From assembly GCA_001600815.1 (NCBI GenBank), contig BCKZ01000011.1:475622-539621 (forward strand): DNA of 64,000 nucleotides. Reading direction: 5' to 3'. This DNA is from Alloascoidea hylecoeti (Eukaryota). The notes below the pieces were generated by a model that was given only the letters and a program-made list of their open reading frames with translations, was not told the DNA's origin and did not search any database. The translations under genes were made by a program, and so were the position numbers. Below are positions 52,814-64,000 of this stretch, one piece after another; position 1 is the first letter of the stretch, and every line of letters starts with the position of its first letter.

Positions 52814-53833
52814 CTAAACCTGTATATTTGAACATATTACAATAATATTCTAAACTTAAGCTTTATCTGACGAAGGAGAAAATATAACGCATATGGTTAT
52901 TACTGATTGGTATTGATCATCGTTAACTGCTCGGATATTAATTGTTATAAGCTCAAGCCATTTAACATGTTATCATTATAACTCATATAATGTAATATCA
53001 AAAGATTCATTCTACGCGTACATAAAATTCTTATAATTTGATTATATAATTAATATTTGATGCTAGATTAAGGATGAATTCGAAAAAATGTTATTCTGAT
53101 GATTTTCATTAAGGAAAGTTTACCTATTTATATACTAACCTATTTAATAACTGATATGAGCTCAGAGGGATGAAGTAGAAGTATGGTGATAGCAAAAGTT
53201 CTGAGGGGAACTGAAGTGAGAATGGAATGTTAAATATAATGAGTTTTTAGGTGATTGATTCACCTAAGTCAAGGTTCTAGCTTATTATAATTATATACAT
53301 ATATAGTAGATAGCTAGACTTTCCTTTACAGATACCTAACGGGTATACATATCCATCTACTGTTTTTATATCATATCATTTAAATTTGTGTATGTGTTGC
53401 ATACATGTACTGTACATATATTTTGTTTGTTTTTATCTCCGTTAACGTTCATTTTCACTCTTTTATTCCCCTTTTTTTTTTTCAAGTGGCCATAAAGGCT
53501 TTATCTTAAACTTTTATATCTATAAATACTATATTTATAACAACTAAAAAAATTGTGAAAATAAAAAAAAAATTACTAATGTCACCATTTCCTACTTTTA
53601 CTCAATCAATACTAATAAATGATCATGATATATCATCTGTACATGTGTACATCTTTCCTCTTTTTCTTTTTATGTCCGTAGCACCTAAGTGATTCAGAAC
53701 AAAGCTTTTTGTGGAGTCCCTTTCAATCATTTTAGACCATTGTGGTTCTGATAATTCTCCTGTTGTGATATTATTTTTTCAAGTGGCCATTAAGGCTCTA
53801 TTATCTTGGGGAGTGTAAATTTAAAAAAGTAAA

Positions 53834-53907
53834 TGGACGACACCGGAATCGAACCGGGGACCTCTCGCATGCTAAGCGAATGTGATAACCAACTACACCA
53901 GACGCCC
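53834..53907 (-). tRNA. tRNA-Ala(AGC)
   Basis: Cloverleaf with A-box TGGTGTAGTTGG, anticodon loop TTAGCAT, GGTTCGATTCC, G3:U70 pair and a downstream T-run. Confidence 0.95.
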
Positions 53908-53909
53908 TC

Positions 53910-54481
53910 CTATTGGAAGAAGAAAACATATCCAAATACTCGATTAAATCAATAAGCCAAAAGTGGTATAATAAAAACAAAATTATATTGAAACCAAACA
54001 AATGGATGCAGTTAATTCCGGAACTAAAAAATGAAAATTGGAAGAAATGGTGGGGATTTATCAAAGAAACATATAAGGAACACCCTGAGGAGACACAATG
54101 GATACATTTGCTCAGCTTGGGATGCATTACTCATATGCTACATCCTAACAAAAAAAGCAAAACAATGGTGGCAAAAATCTGATATTTGTAGTTTATGTCA
54201 ACAAGGTAAAGACAACATATTACATCTATTTGAAGATTGCTCAACCATAAGAATACTAAAGAAGATGATGTTAGGAAGCGATAGAATTGGGATCAAATTA
54301 TTGATCATAAATCCAAAAGATAACCATATAGAAAAAAATGGGGCTTTTATCAAAAAGGCACTAGAGCTAAGGAAAAATATTAGATTTGCAGGGACACCAC
54401 CACAAATATTAAATGAGATTGATTGGGGGATTCTAATATCTAAAAACTTGAAAAAGTAAAATATATCTAAAAAAAAAAAAA
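53910..54481 (+). mobile_element. 5'-truncated non-LTR retrotransposon (L1/Tx1-like) 3' end with poly(A)
   Basis: Two overlapping ORFs joined by a frameshift in an A5 run (~54173-54177) give ...WKKWW...HPNKKSKTMVAK-SDICSLCQQGKDNILHLFEDC (CCHC knuckle of ORF2). Stop at 54459, A-tract at 54469-54481. Confidence 0.75.
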
Positions 54482-54665
54482 TTTACTTTAAAGGTGGTCT
54501 AGGCACATAAGAAGGGAAGAAAGAAGACTGGCAAGAATACACAAAAATAAGAAGAATAGAAAAAGAGGTTTTATTTCACTATATATAGTAGAGATTTCCT
54601 CAGAATTTACATAGTTTCTAGTTATATAATTTAATTTGAAAATATATGAAAAGTTAAAAAAAAAA

Positions 54666-54793
54666 TTGGTTATCATTTCGCGAGTACATTTAAAATTTCT
54701 TAGATGCATTTTTATATTGGTTCGGAAACACATGCCACAGTTCTTGAGCTCATTAACAAGAAATGTTAAATGTACTCGCGAAATAATAACCAA
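54666..54793. repeat. 36-bp inverted repeat with 56-bp spacer
   Basis: 54666-54701 versus 54758-54793, 2 mismatches. Confidence 0.9.
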
Positions 54794-55510
54794 AGGAAGA
54801 ACCAAAATAATGACTATGTCATGATGAGTTCCTTCACATCTTCTCGTTTTCTTCTGTTAAATTCTATGGTTCCAAGGATCTCAGAAAAACATCCAAAGTT
54901 AAAAAAATAACATCTGGGGGGAGGAGGGGTTTAGTGGGTATTTCCAGGGGCCCTGGATTTACCAGAAGGGTTGAGTCTCCACACTGTTGTCTTACTGATG
55001 TAATGCTTCGTCCGTGAAATTAATTAAAAAAGAAATGTTGAAATAAATGATCCAGCTCTTACCCATATAATCTTCCTGATAATAACTAATGAAAATAAAT
55101 TACGAAACTATCAATCTGTTGGTTCAAGTTGATTTGATTACAGTTTTTCCTGATATTTTCGTTTCTAGTAATATGCATGCAACTCTACACATTACGATAT
55201 GAGGTAGTATATCATTTGAATATGTATGCACACAGATCTATGTAGAAGTTTCATCGCATTTATTAATGCAGGTGATTATATGCGAAGATGACTTTATTTG
55301 TCGTGAAATCTGTGGAAACCTACACAGTGAAGTAAGGTCAAAATTTATTTTTACCATTTGTCCTATTTAAGATATATGAATTGATTTTGCCACCATTGTT
55401 TTGCATTTTTATTATGATGTAGCATATGAGTAACATATCCCAAGCTGAGCAAATGTATCCATTCTGTGTTCTTATAAGTATATACTATCTTTTTTGATGA
55501 GCATGGAAGA

Positions 55511-55584
55511 GGGCGTCTGGTGTAGTTGGTTATCACATTCGCTTAGCATGCGAGAGGTCCCCGGTTCGATTCCGGTGTCGTCCA
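55511..55584 (+). tRNA. tRNA-Ala(AGC), identical to the copy at 53834-53907
   Basis: Same 74-nt sequence with a T-run terminator downstream. Confidence 0.95.
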
Positions 55585-55984
55585 TCTACTTTTTTAAATT
55601 TACGCTTTCCTTGACATCCTTTACTCGAGTAAGAAGTTGGAAATGGTGACAATAATACTATAAAAAGTAACAACATTACTCAAAAAAGAGTGAACTTCTA
55701 ACATTAGTAAGAGGTATTTTTGCCTAGTAATAGGTCTTTTTATTTTCATAATTTTTTGGTTGTTAAGAATAAAAGTTATAAATTATAAGTACAGTATCGG
55801 GTTTTATAGGGTGCCAAAACCCACGGTCCCGGATTAATAGCCATATTTTTAATAAGAAATACATGTATATTATTACAAATAAATGCCAAAATCATGCTCT
55901 ATCATCATAAATTATAATCATATATATATTTATATGGTTATATATCATTCGTTATTATTGGATGCTTCCTTAACATCTAACTCA

Positions 55985-58900
55985 TCAAATAGTATTAATA
56001 ATTCTTGTGACAAATAACTCATATTTTTGAACTTGTTCCACCATCAATGAATCACTTATTGAAATTGCGTTTAAATCGAGTCTCGCAAGCTTAAAATCAT
56101 TAACAAGTTGAATTAATTGTTCTGAATATTCGTCTCTCTTGTCGTAGTCAAATTCACAATGAGTAAGGGTTTGTGTAATAAATTTCTGAGTAACGTCAAT
56201 TAAGGAGAACGATGAAGAGTGTTGGCAAATATCCTGCAATTTATTCGTGATATAACAAAATCTATAAAAAAAGTTAGAGAACGGAAAAAAAAGGAGACGT
56301 GAAATATTCTACTCACATCAGAAATTTAGTTCGTGCAACATTTTTGCCATTATAAGCCATACAACTAACAAATTTCTCTATTACGAATTCTTCGCACTTG
56401 TCATCATTAATGAGTGAAGCGGCCATATACAACCCAATAATGGATTGATCAGAGTTTCTTCCAATGTATTTTAGCAATATATCCGGTGCGAGATATCCAT
56501 TCTCAAACTCAAAAAATTTGGTTTCATTATTAAATTTGTGCAAAATCCTTTGGGATTCCTTATAAGATCTGGAGTGTATATATAAAAATACCAAATACAC
56601 AGCTGGATTGAGCAAAAATTCCTGAGAATCGGGAATCTCCATAATATGCTTTTCTTTGAAGATTAAGGCATTCCTTGAAAAAATATTGGTAAATACTTCC
56701 ATAACTTCCAAAGTAGGATATCGGGTTCTAATAAAATTAAGTCCCTTCATTAAAATTGCACAAATGTAAATATGAAATTGTTGAGACGAATATTTCAAAC
56801 CTATAAGATCATCTAATTCTTCAAAGTTAATCCCTAACTCATTTCTCTTTTCAGACAGATACCCAACAATATCCCCATCAGGAAACTTCTGAAACTCTTC
56901 TAGTTTCTCTAGTGCTCGGCTCATAAGAGTTATCGCCCCAAGAAAAATGCCTCGATGGGATAAATGTGCACTCGCACAACCAAGCCAAAATAAGATAGGC
57001 AGCCAATTTGAATTAGGCGAAATTCTGTCTAATAATTTTGTGAAACAAAACAAAACACATTCAACCAATTCGGAAGTCTTACTGTCAATAGAAATATCAA
57101 ACCCGAAGGCTTTTGTAGTGATATTAAGAACTCTTGGTATCAAAAGATCGGAGGAATCACCTCCAGATAGTATTCCTAAAATTATTAAAGCTCTCCCTCG
57201 CACCAAAGATGCCTTTTCAAACGCGGCCTCTGAAATATGAGAAGCCCAAACATCTCGCCAATTGTTTATTTCACCCTCTTCTCCAACTATTTCAAAAAGT
57301 TCTAAGAAGTTTCCACAAATAAATTCCAAACCAGCCAAGGCATCTGATCCAGAGATTCTTCCATCACCAGATTTCGTTTTATTTAAACCAAATATCAATT
57401 TTGCACGGCTACCCGAAAACCTTTCAATGACGAGATTTAATTTGTTGTATTCATCAGTTGGTAAGTTGGTCAATGAAGTAAATGTATGCAAACAATTCAA
57501 AGTTAGTTCTTGTAGACAATAACGAAAATCATGTGGCCCAATATCAATAAAAGCTGAACAAAGAAAACATAAATCAGGTAAGAATTCTCTAGAGAGCTTC
57601 AAAGAATCAAAAAAGATCACAATGCATGCCTTAACTAATACTGTAAGTTCTATCCAACTTCCTTGTACATGAAAATATGAGGTGTTTGATTCTATAGGGG
57701 CAGTGGCCACCTTTTTCAGCCGTGTGATTAATTTATTACAAATGTCAACATCGTCAGCATTAGTGAACAATGATAATATATCTTCAAAATATTTTCCGTC
57801 TGTTTTCTTATCAATGGCTGATTCAATGATTTGATCGACTAAAATATCCATAAACTCAGGCTTTCTAAAAATGGGCTGCCATATAAATTTGTGAAAAGAA
57901 GCCGTATGTCCTGGAAATGAAACCATGAGATTTATAAAATTCCTAAAAATTTCTCTCGTATGCTGTTTTCCTCTTCTTTCATCCATTAAGTAAACATATT
58001 GGTAAATATTATCCATCCAGTCTTCCATATAAACTAAGAGATCATCGCGCTGATCATCGTCAGTATTTATATATGCTGAATAGAATGCCTTTATGAAATC
58101 ATGAGTAATCTCTGGGCGAGTTTTTGAAATAGTTCCAGATACCATGGAACAAAAGTTAACATGGTGTCTCGGAAAAGATAAACCTTTTCTTGCAACTTTT
58201 GACTTCCCTGTTTCTATTCTAAATAATGTACAAGTTTCACAACCTAAACCATAAGCCATAGACCTAACATTAGCATCTCTATGGTTTAACCCAGCAAGGG
58301 CCATCATTAAGAACGAAGCCGCCACATCATTAATCGATTTTTCGATTCTCTGGAACATGGGTATAGAATTAGTAGAAGAGGAATCGGCATATCTCGAAAC
58401 CATGATATTAATATACCGAACGATCTGTACTCTTTGCTTGCTATATAAAATCAATTCTGTCCCATCATTTAAACTAATAGAAAACCCATCTTCAATATCC
58501 GTTATATAAACTTTCTTTATATCTGTGGCGTGATACACATCCAGTGGCCTTATATATCTCATTGCGTCACCGCATTTAAAACTGATCGGGTCGATTCTAC
58601 AAATTTGGGTATATTCCTCGTTGATTTTCAGCTCTATTGCAATTCTTTCACTTTTGTCTTGTATAAGTTGAGAGACATCTTTGAATTCGATTCTGGCATC
58701 TTTAATAATACTCTTTGTTTTTATCGTTAAGCCAAAGGGTACCGATCGTGAATCTATTTCTTCTGTATCATAAAACGATGACCCAAAATACCAAGGAATA
58801 CAATTGGGATTAAAGGTAGTGAATGAACCTCTTGAATATTGTTCTGCCGTTATTTTGAGATGAGGTATCATGCAGCTTGAAATATTGTAGAAGTATACAG

Positions 58901-61900
58901 CTGAACAAGTTTTGATGGCTGGTGGAAATAATCTATCAATCATCATGAAAAGTTGGGGTGGAATTGAATTTTTACTTGAGAAACCAGAACAATCAAGCAA
59001 TGCAACCCATTTTCTATCCCAGAAATTAGAAACCACCTGAAAGTATCGATATATAACCATATCTATATCACCAATTGTTGTTTTATCAAAAAGACTTACA
59101 TTGACAACAAGATAAGGAAGACCTTCTTTGGAAAAGGCTTCCCTAATTAGCTGTCTCTCTGTCATATCTCCAAAATCCTTCACTGCATTCTTCGTCATAA
59201 ATTTATAGAGTCTTATTCCTTCTTCTGATTTATCCGATGTAATAGATTCTGAAAGCTGATAGTCAGGTGAGCCTTTTGGCGGCCCTAGCGATTCTAATAA
59301 ACCATCTAATGTATCATAATTCTTTGGATCTGAAATATAGATATTATAAAAATCTATATTTTCAATCGAGGTATGTGATGTAATTGAATCTGCTATAATA
59401 TTAAAGCTTGATTCTCCTTTTACCTCTGATGATCGATGCAAATCATACCAATGGTTAAATAAATGTTTATGAATGTATTTCATATCACTTTTATTAATGA
59501 CTGTTTTGTTGTTTGCTTCAGTAGTGAGAGAATTTTTGAGGGGATTATCATTGGGTTCCAAAATTGGTAAATCAGAGGCTTCCTTTAAAAACTGAACGAT
59601 CCCATCATTTATTAAATTTAACTCATTTATTTTGTCCTGAAGTAATGGCAATTTTAACGAATACAAACCTCCGTTCGCCATGTTTTGGATAACCTTTGCA
59701 ATAAGAAGTAATGAGCGACGAACATCATCACGCCTCTGAGTTTGTTTTAATATATCAATTGTTTCGGGTGCAACAATTGCAGGGCAGAAAAAGCGAAGCA
59801 ATAAAAATGCACCTACTGATGTAGTTGAAGCTTCTGGAAATTTTGCGACAGTTGAGCTTTTGATAATGTGGCATATTTCTCTGAATGAATGTGGCATCTT
59901 ATTAAGAGAATTTAAGAAAGCGTCGGAGAAAGCTGAAAGAGATCTCATAAATTTCCCGACATCTTCTTTTGCTTTAATATTTTCTTTACCTATTTTTTCA
60001 CTGATGTCAAAAACATAATCATCCGGAGAATCCAGAAATTGCTGAATTAAGGGAGATAATGTAGAAGCCAAATATTTAGAACCATACTTTCGTGCATAGA
60101 TACCAAGCATTCTTGTAGCTACAGTATTTCTTCTTAGTAGATTGCCTGCCCTATTGGTACTGTTAATTTCTCTAAAAATAGCAGCCTTTAACAAAGCAAG
60201 ACCATTTCCTTGGCTCTCATAAATATTCATTAAGGAAGTTGCCAATCCTTCAACTCCACTTGCTGGACAAAATTTACAAATATCAATGCATACAGATACG
60301 TTTCTTCCGAGAAAGGACATAAGAGAGTGGTACTTATCTTCCTCGCTAGCATCCATGATGTTTTGACTACCTTGTTGGAGGAGTCCTGTGAAAATTTCAA
60401 GGAATGCCGATCTGATCTGGGCATTTTTATGATATCCCATCGGGGAAACAAATTTGAGAGCCACATCCATATTTGCTTTTGTTATGTTTCCCAAAGTTTC
60501 TATCAAGTATTGATAAATCTTAGAAGACACCTGCTGTGTATTCGAGTACTCTGATATACCCAATATTGAATGTGATGATGGTTTTAATTTCATAGTTCTC
60601 GAATCCGAATTCAATACAAAGGTGGTATTGATATTAGTTCCCCACTTTTCCAAAAGTCTAACTTGTAAAGAAAATTGACCAGCAAATATACAGGACCTGG
60701 TTTGTAAATAATCTTCTTCATTACCATTATTGGGGACGTCTATCATGACAAATTCTGTCAACTTTGAAACTGCTCTTGCACTTTCAAAAGCCAGATCTTT
60801 AAGTATATGCTCCAGCTCGCTAAGATGACGTTCGGTAAAATCACCGGACGGTATGAAAAAAGACGCTTCCTCACACCATGCCGAAAGCAAAACAGACTCT
60901 TTATATTTTAAGATCCTTGAAACTCGAAAAGAGATTGTATCCCAATTATCCGTTGATAGACTGATGACTCTGCAAGATCTTATTTTCAGTTTTGAAGCAT
61001 AAATGTTATGGATATCCGCCTTCGATAAATAGTTAATAACAAGCCATGCTATATCAACAACTGATGAGCATATTTCCATCTTTTCTTCTATGCATTTAGA
61101 TATGTGTAGCTTCATAATTGAAATTATTTGGTCTAAAAGTCTGTATACTTCTTCCTTATTCGGTAGTTTCAAAATATTAGTAGTCAAAATATGCAGTTTA
61201 TTAAAGCCTCTGGGAATGGCTTCCCTACTTAGTTCCCGGCCTAGCAATTCTTTGCAAGACTCCGCGACCCAAAGATCAGGAGAATTGATATTTTCAGATA
61301 ACTTGTCAACAAATTGATAAACTGATGGTATTATATTGGCAATTTTATCGTTGGTATCGGCATCACTAGCAAGAATACAACCACACAGACAGCACAACAC
61401 TCCCAAATAATTTTGCTCAACAACAGAAGAAGATGAAAATTTAATAATTCCTCCTTTCTTAACTTCATGACTTCTCGAAAAAATAACTCCCCAAGCATCG
61501 ATGATGCCATCGGTTGCCATTGTAAACTGTGATAAAAATTTTCTGATTCTTTTTTGTAAGGCAACCTGTCCGGTAATTACATACCGGTTATTACAAAACT
61601 CCCTATATTGGTCCGCATTATATATAAAAGGGCAAGAAAAAACATGGTTAGCAATGTTTTCGGTGGCATAACCATCTTCCAATACGTTTTCAATTATTTG
61701 AGTGGATAGCTTGTAAACCTCAAAATCTGGAGAACAGAGACAGATAAGCAATGCAGATTCTAAAGAGGTGTAGAGAGTTTGCCTTGCATCAAACATTTCA
61801 ACAAGGTCAAAATTATTGTTACTCTTTTTAAGTAACTGAAATCTGTCACCAATATATGCTCTTGATTTTAGGAGATCATTGATTAATGTCAAGAAACCAA

Positions 61901-63974
61901 TTATACGAACATCATCAAGATTGGTTTCGATAATCTTAGTCGAGAGAGCTCTTATCAAGTAGCCTGCAGAATTGTAGATTTCAATGACAATATGATGTCT
62001 ACTTCTTGAAGCAATGTTAATCTCATCCAGATCTATCGTCGAGAGTCCCATAGGGCAAACCAAGGCTGAAACAAATTGTGTGGCAGCCATTACTAGATTC
62101 TTGTCTTCATCGACCAATGAAATGACAAGTGAATCCAAATGTTCGATATGATTGTGGGTAAGGACTGGTTTCAGATCAAAATCTTCAAAAAATGCATGAG
62201 GATAAGGAATGAATGCAAAATAAACATTTATCAGAATTGGAAGGCTGATCACATCAGAATTATTTGTTGAACTAGACCTTCTAGATAAATTGCTACTTAA
62301 AAGTCTTGATTTTAAGAGCAAACGGGATTGTTTGAAAATCATATTCCTTAGAATCCGACCATTGCTTTTCATATACGCAAGATATGTCTTTCTATATCCA
62401 GGAACAGCAGCAAGTGCTCTCAATCCGGTTGCTATATAGCAAACTATTGACGGCTCAACATCAGAACTTTCCAGAAGTTTATGTAAATCGTTAAAGAGAA
62501 ACTCTGGTTGTACAATTGAAGTTGATATAAAAAATCCAGTATATAGATGGATAACAGAAGGAGACATATCATTAGTATATTTGTAAAAAGCCGGTTTCAC
62601 ATCTTCCCTGATAGAAAGACTAAATTTCACAATGGGATTTTCAGGTTCATAATCGAATAGTACAGCCCCGGCAGTAGAGATGATAGAGATACAATTTAAT
62701 TTCCAGTCACCAACCCTTTGACTGCGCAATTGAGTTCTGAGAATTTCCAGAAGCTTAAGCTTTTTAGAATTTGAAAATCTTCTTATTACAGCTGATTTAG
62801 ACGATGTATAAAAACTAAACACATTAGGTGTTAAACATAATAGCGTTGTTAAAAATCTCATCATTATCCCCTGATACTGAGTGTCCTCAATTGCAGCATA
62901 CATGTAGTCAAAAAAAGCGTTTGCTTTGACTGAAAGTGGTGAAGTTTCGTTAGTAACAGTTTTATAAAACTCATCTGACCTTGCTATTGTCCAATATTCC
63001 ATACTCTCCGACCAAAAATAGATTATTAAGGCTTGATGTAAAGGACTTCTAATATCTTTGAACAAGCTCCTCATCTCTTTGAACACTGTCAATATCGAGT
63101 TCTCATGGAGGTAAATCATAGATAGTAAATCAATATCCGATGAAATTTCATTACCATCCGAAATTTTCAAGGTTTTATACTTTGAGACACGAGAAGTCAA
63201 GATAGAAGAAGATGCTAACCAATTAGAAGCTGTCAAAAATCGAACGACCATACTACAGTATTCATCAATTTCGTCGATCAGCTCTTTGTTAGGATGCCCA
63301 TCTAATCCAGTATAAGGTTGAACTCCCCCATTTGAAATCAAAACCATTGCATCGGAAATCGTCACTTCAGACCTTAAAGTGAGCATCTGATTCAAAAGTT
63401 CCAAGACTATGATATCATCAATGATTGGTGGAAGAACTGTATGATATTTTAAAAATGGCTTGATATAGCCAAATTGACCAAATGTAATTGGAATTCGTCC
63501 TCGTCTAACAGGCTTTTCCTCATAATGATCCCAATTCGCTTCTGTGCATCCAGTAATGAGTTTTGTTATAACAACGAGTGATCTGAGAGAGTGAATATTT
63601 CTATTTTTGGTTGGTTCAAATTGATCTCTCTAGAATATAATGCACTTGTTAGAATAATCTGTTTTAATACGTTTCAAATAAAAAAACTTACCTGAGAAAT
63701 TTGGTTCAAAAGAGTGTTGAATCCGAAAAGAACTTGAGCAATGGTTTGGGATTTAGAGAGCTTCAAAAGAGACTCTCTTGTCGATACAAATATTTTATCG
63801 GTCTCTGTATCTTCAACGGTTTTACCGGTTTCGATTGGCAACTAATATATGGTTTTTTGGTTAGTCTTTATCTTCGATGTGCTCGGTAAATATTATACTC
63901 ACGACTTTCAATAATCTAGAGACCATCGTTGGAACAGCAGACAGTGTATTTATTTCATGACTACCGACTGTCAT
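55985..63974 (-). CDS. IRA2: Ira1/Ira2/neurofibromin-like RasGAP (~2603 aa); exons 63974-63903, 63841-63692, 63629-56317, 56261-55985
   Basis: Arginine-finger LLRRNTVATR, RasGAP motif LLRFFCPAIVAPE and LIAKVIQNMAN. Three short introns (GTGAGT, GTAAGT, GTGAGT ... CTAAC ... TAG) join all exons in frame. IRA1 versus IRA2 cannot be distinguished by eye. Confidence 0.9.
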
Positions 63975-64000
63975 ATTGATTAGTTTTCGAGTGAATTTGG

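Noticed and set aside
53801..54805. ORFs 53801-54127 (-), 54488-54805 (-) and 54636-54824 (+)
   Set aside because: They overlap the tRNA, the LINE or the inverted repeat. Their repeated peptides arise from the DNA symmetry.

Overview
AT-rich budding-yeast-like fungal genomic DNA with short spliceosomal introns (GTAAGT/GTATGT/GTGAGT...CTAAC...TAG) and very long intergenic tracts. Genes: PUF4-type Pumilio protein, SAN1-like RING ligase, NOG1, FlbC-like C2H2 factor, an HMG-box factor with a long insertion inside the box, PBDC1/YPL225W-like protein, a 26-aa metallothionein missing from the ORF track, two tandem Zn2Cys6 factors, two inverted tRNA-Ala(AGC) genes and a complete 4-exon IRA/neurofibromin RasGAP. 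The region from about 33 to 55 kb holds transposon remnants (hAT, Tc1, MITE-like elements, a LINE 3' end abutting a tRNA). The most striking structure is a 1.65-kb insertion (43216-44862) between ATTAT direct repeats. It consists of an inverted duplication of a Ty1/copia 3' end joined, via a PBS, to a 208-nt non-coding structured body and an unrelated 91-bp mini-LTR, which has a diverged solo copy at 33633. The mini-LTR carries TATA-like, T5 and A-box motifs and the body carries a B-box, suggesting a ~390-bp Pol III-transcribed non-autonomous LTR element recombined with its copia helper. All calls were made by eye; no searches were run.
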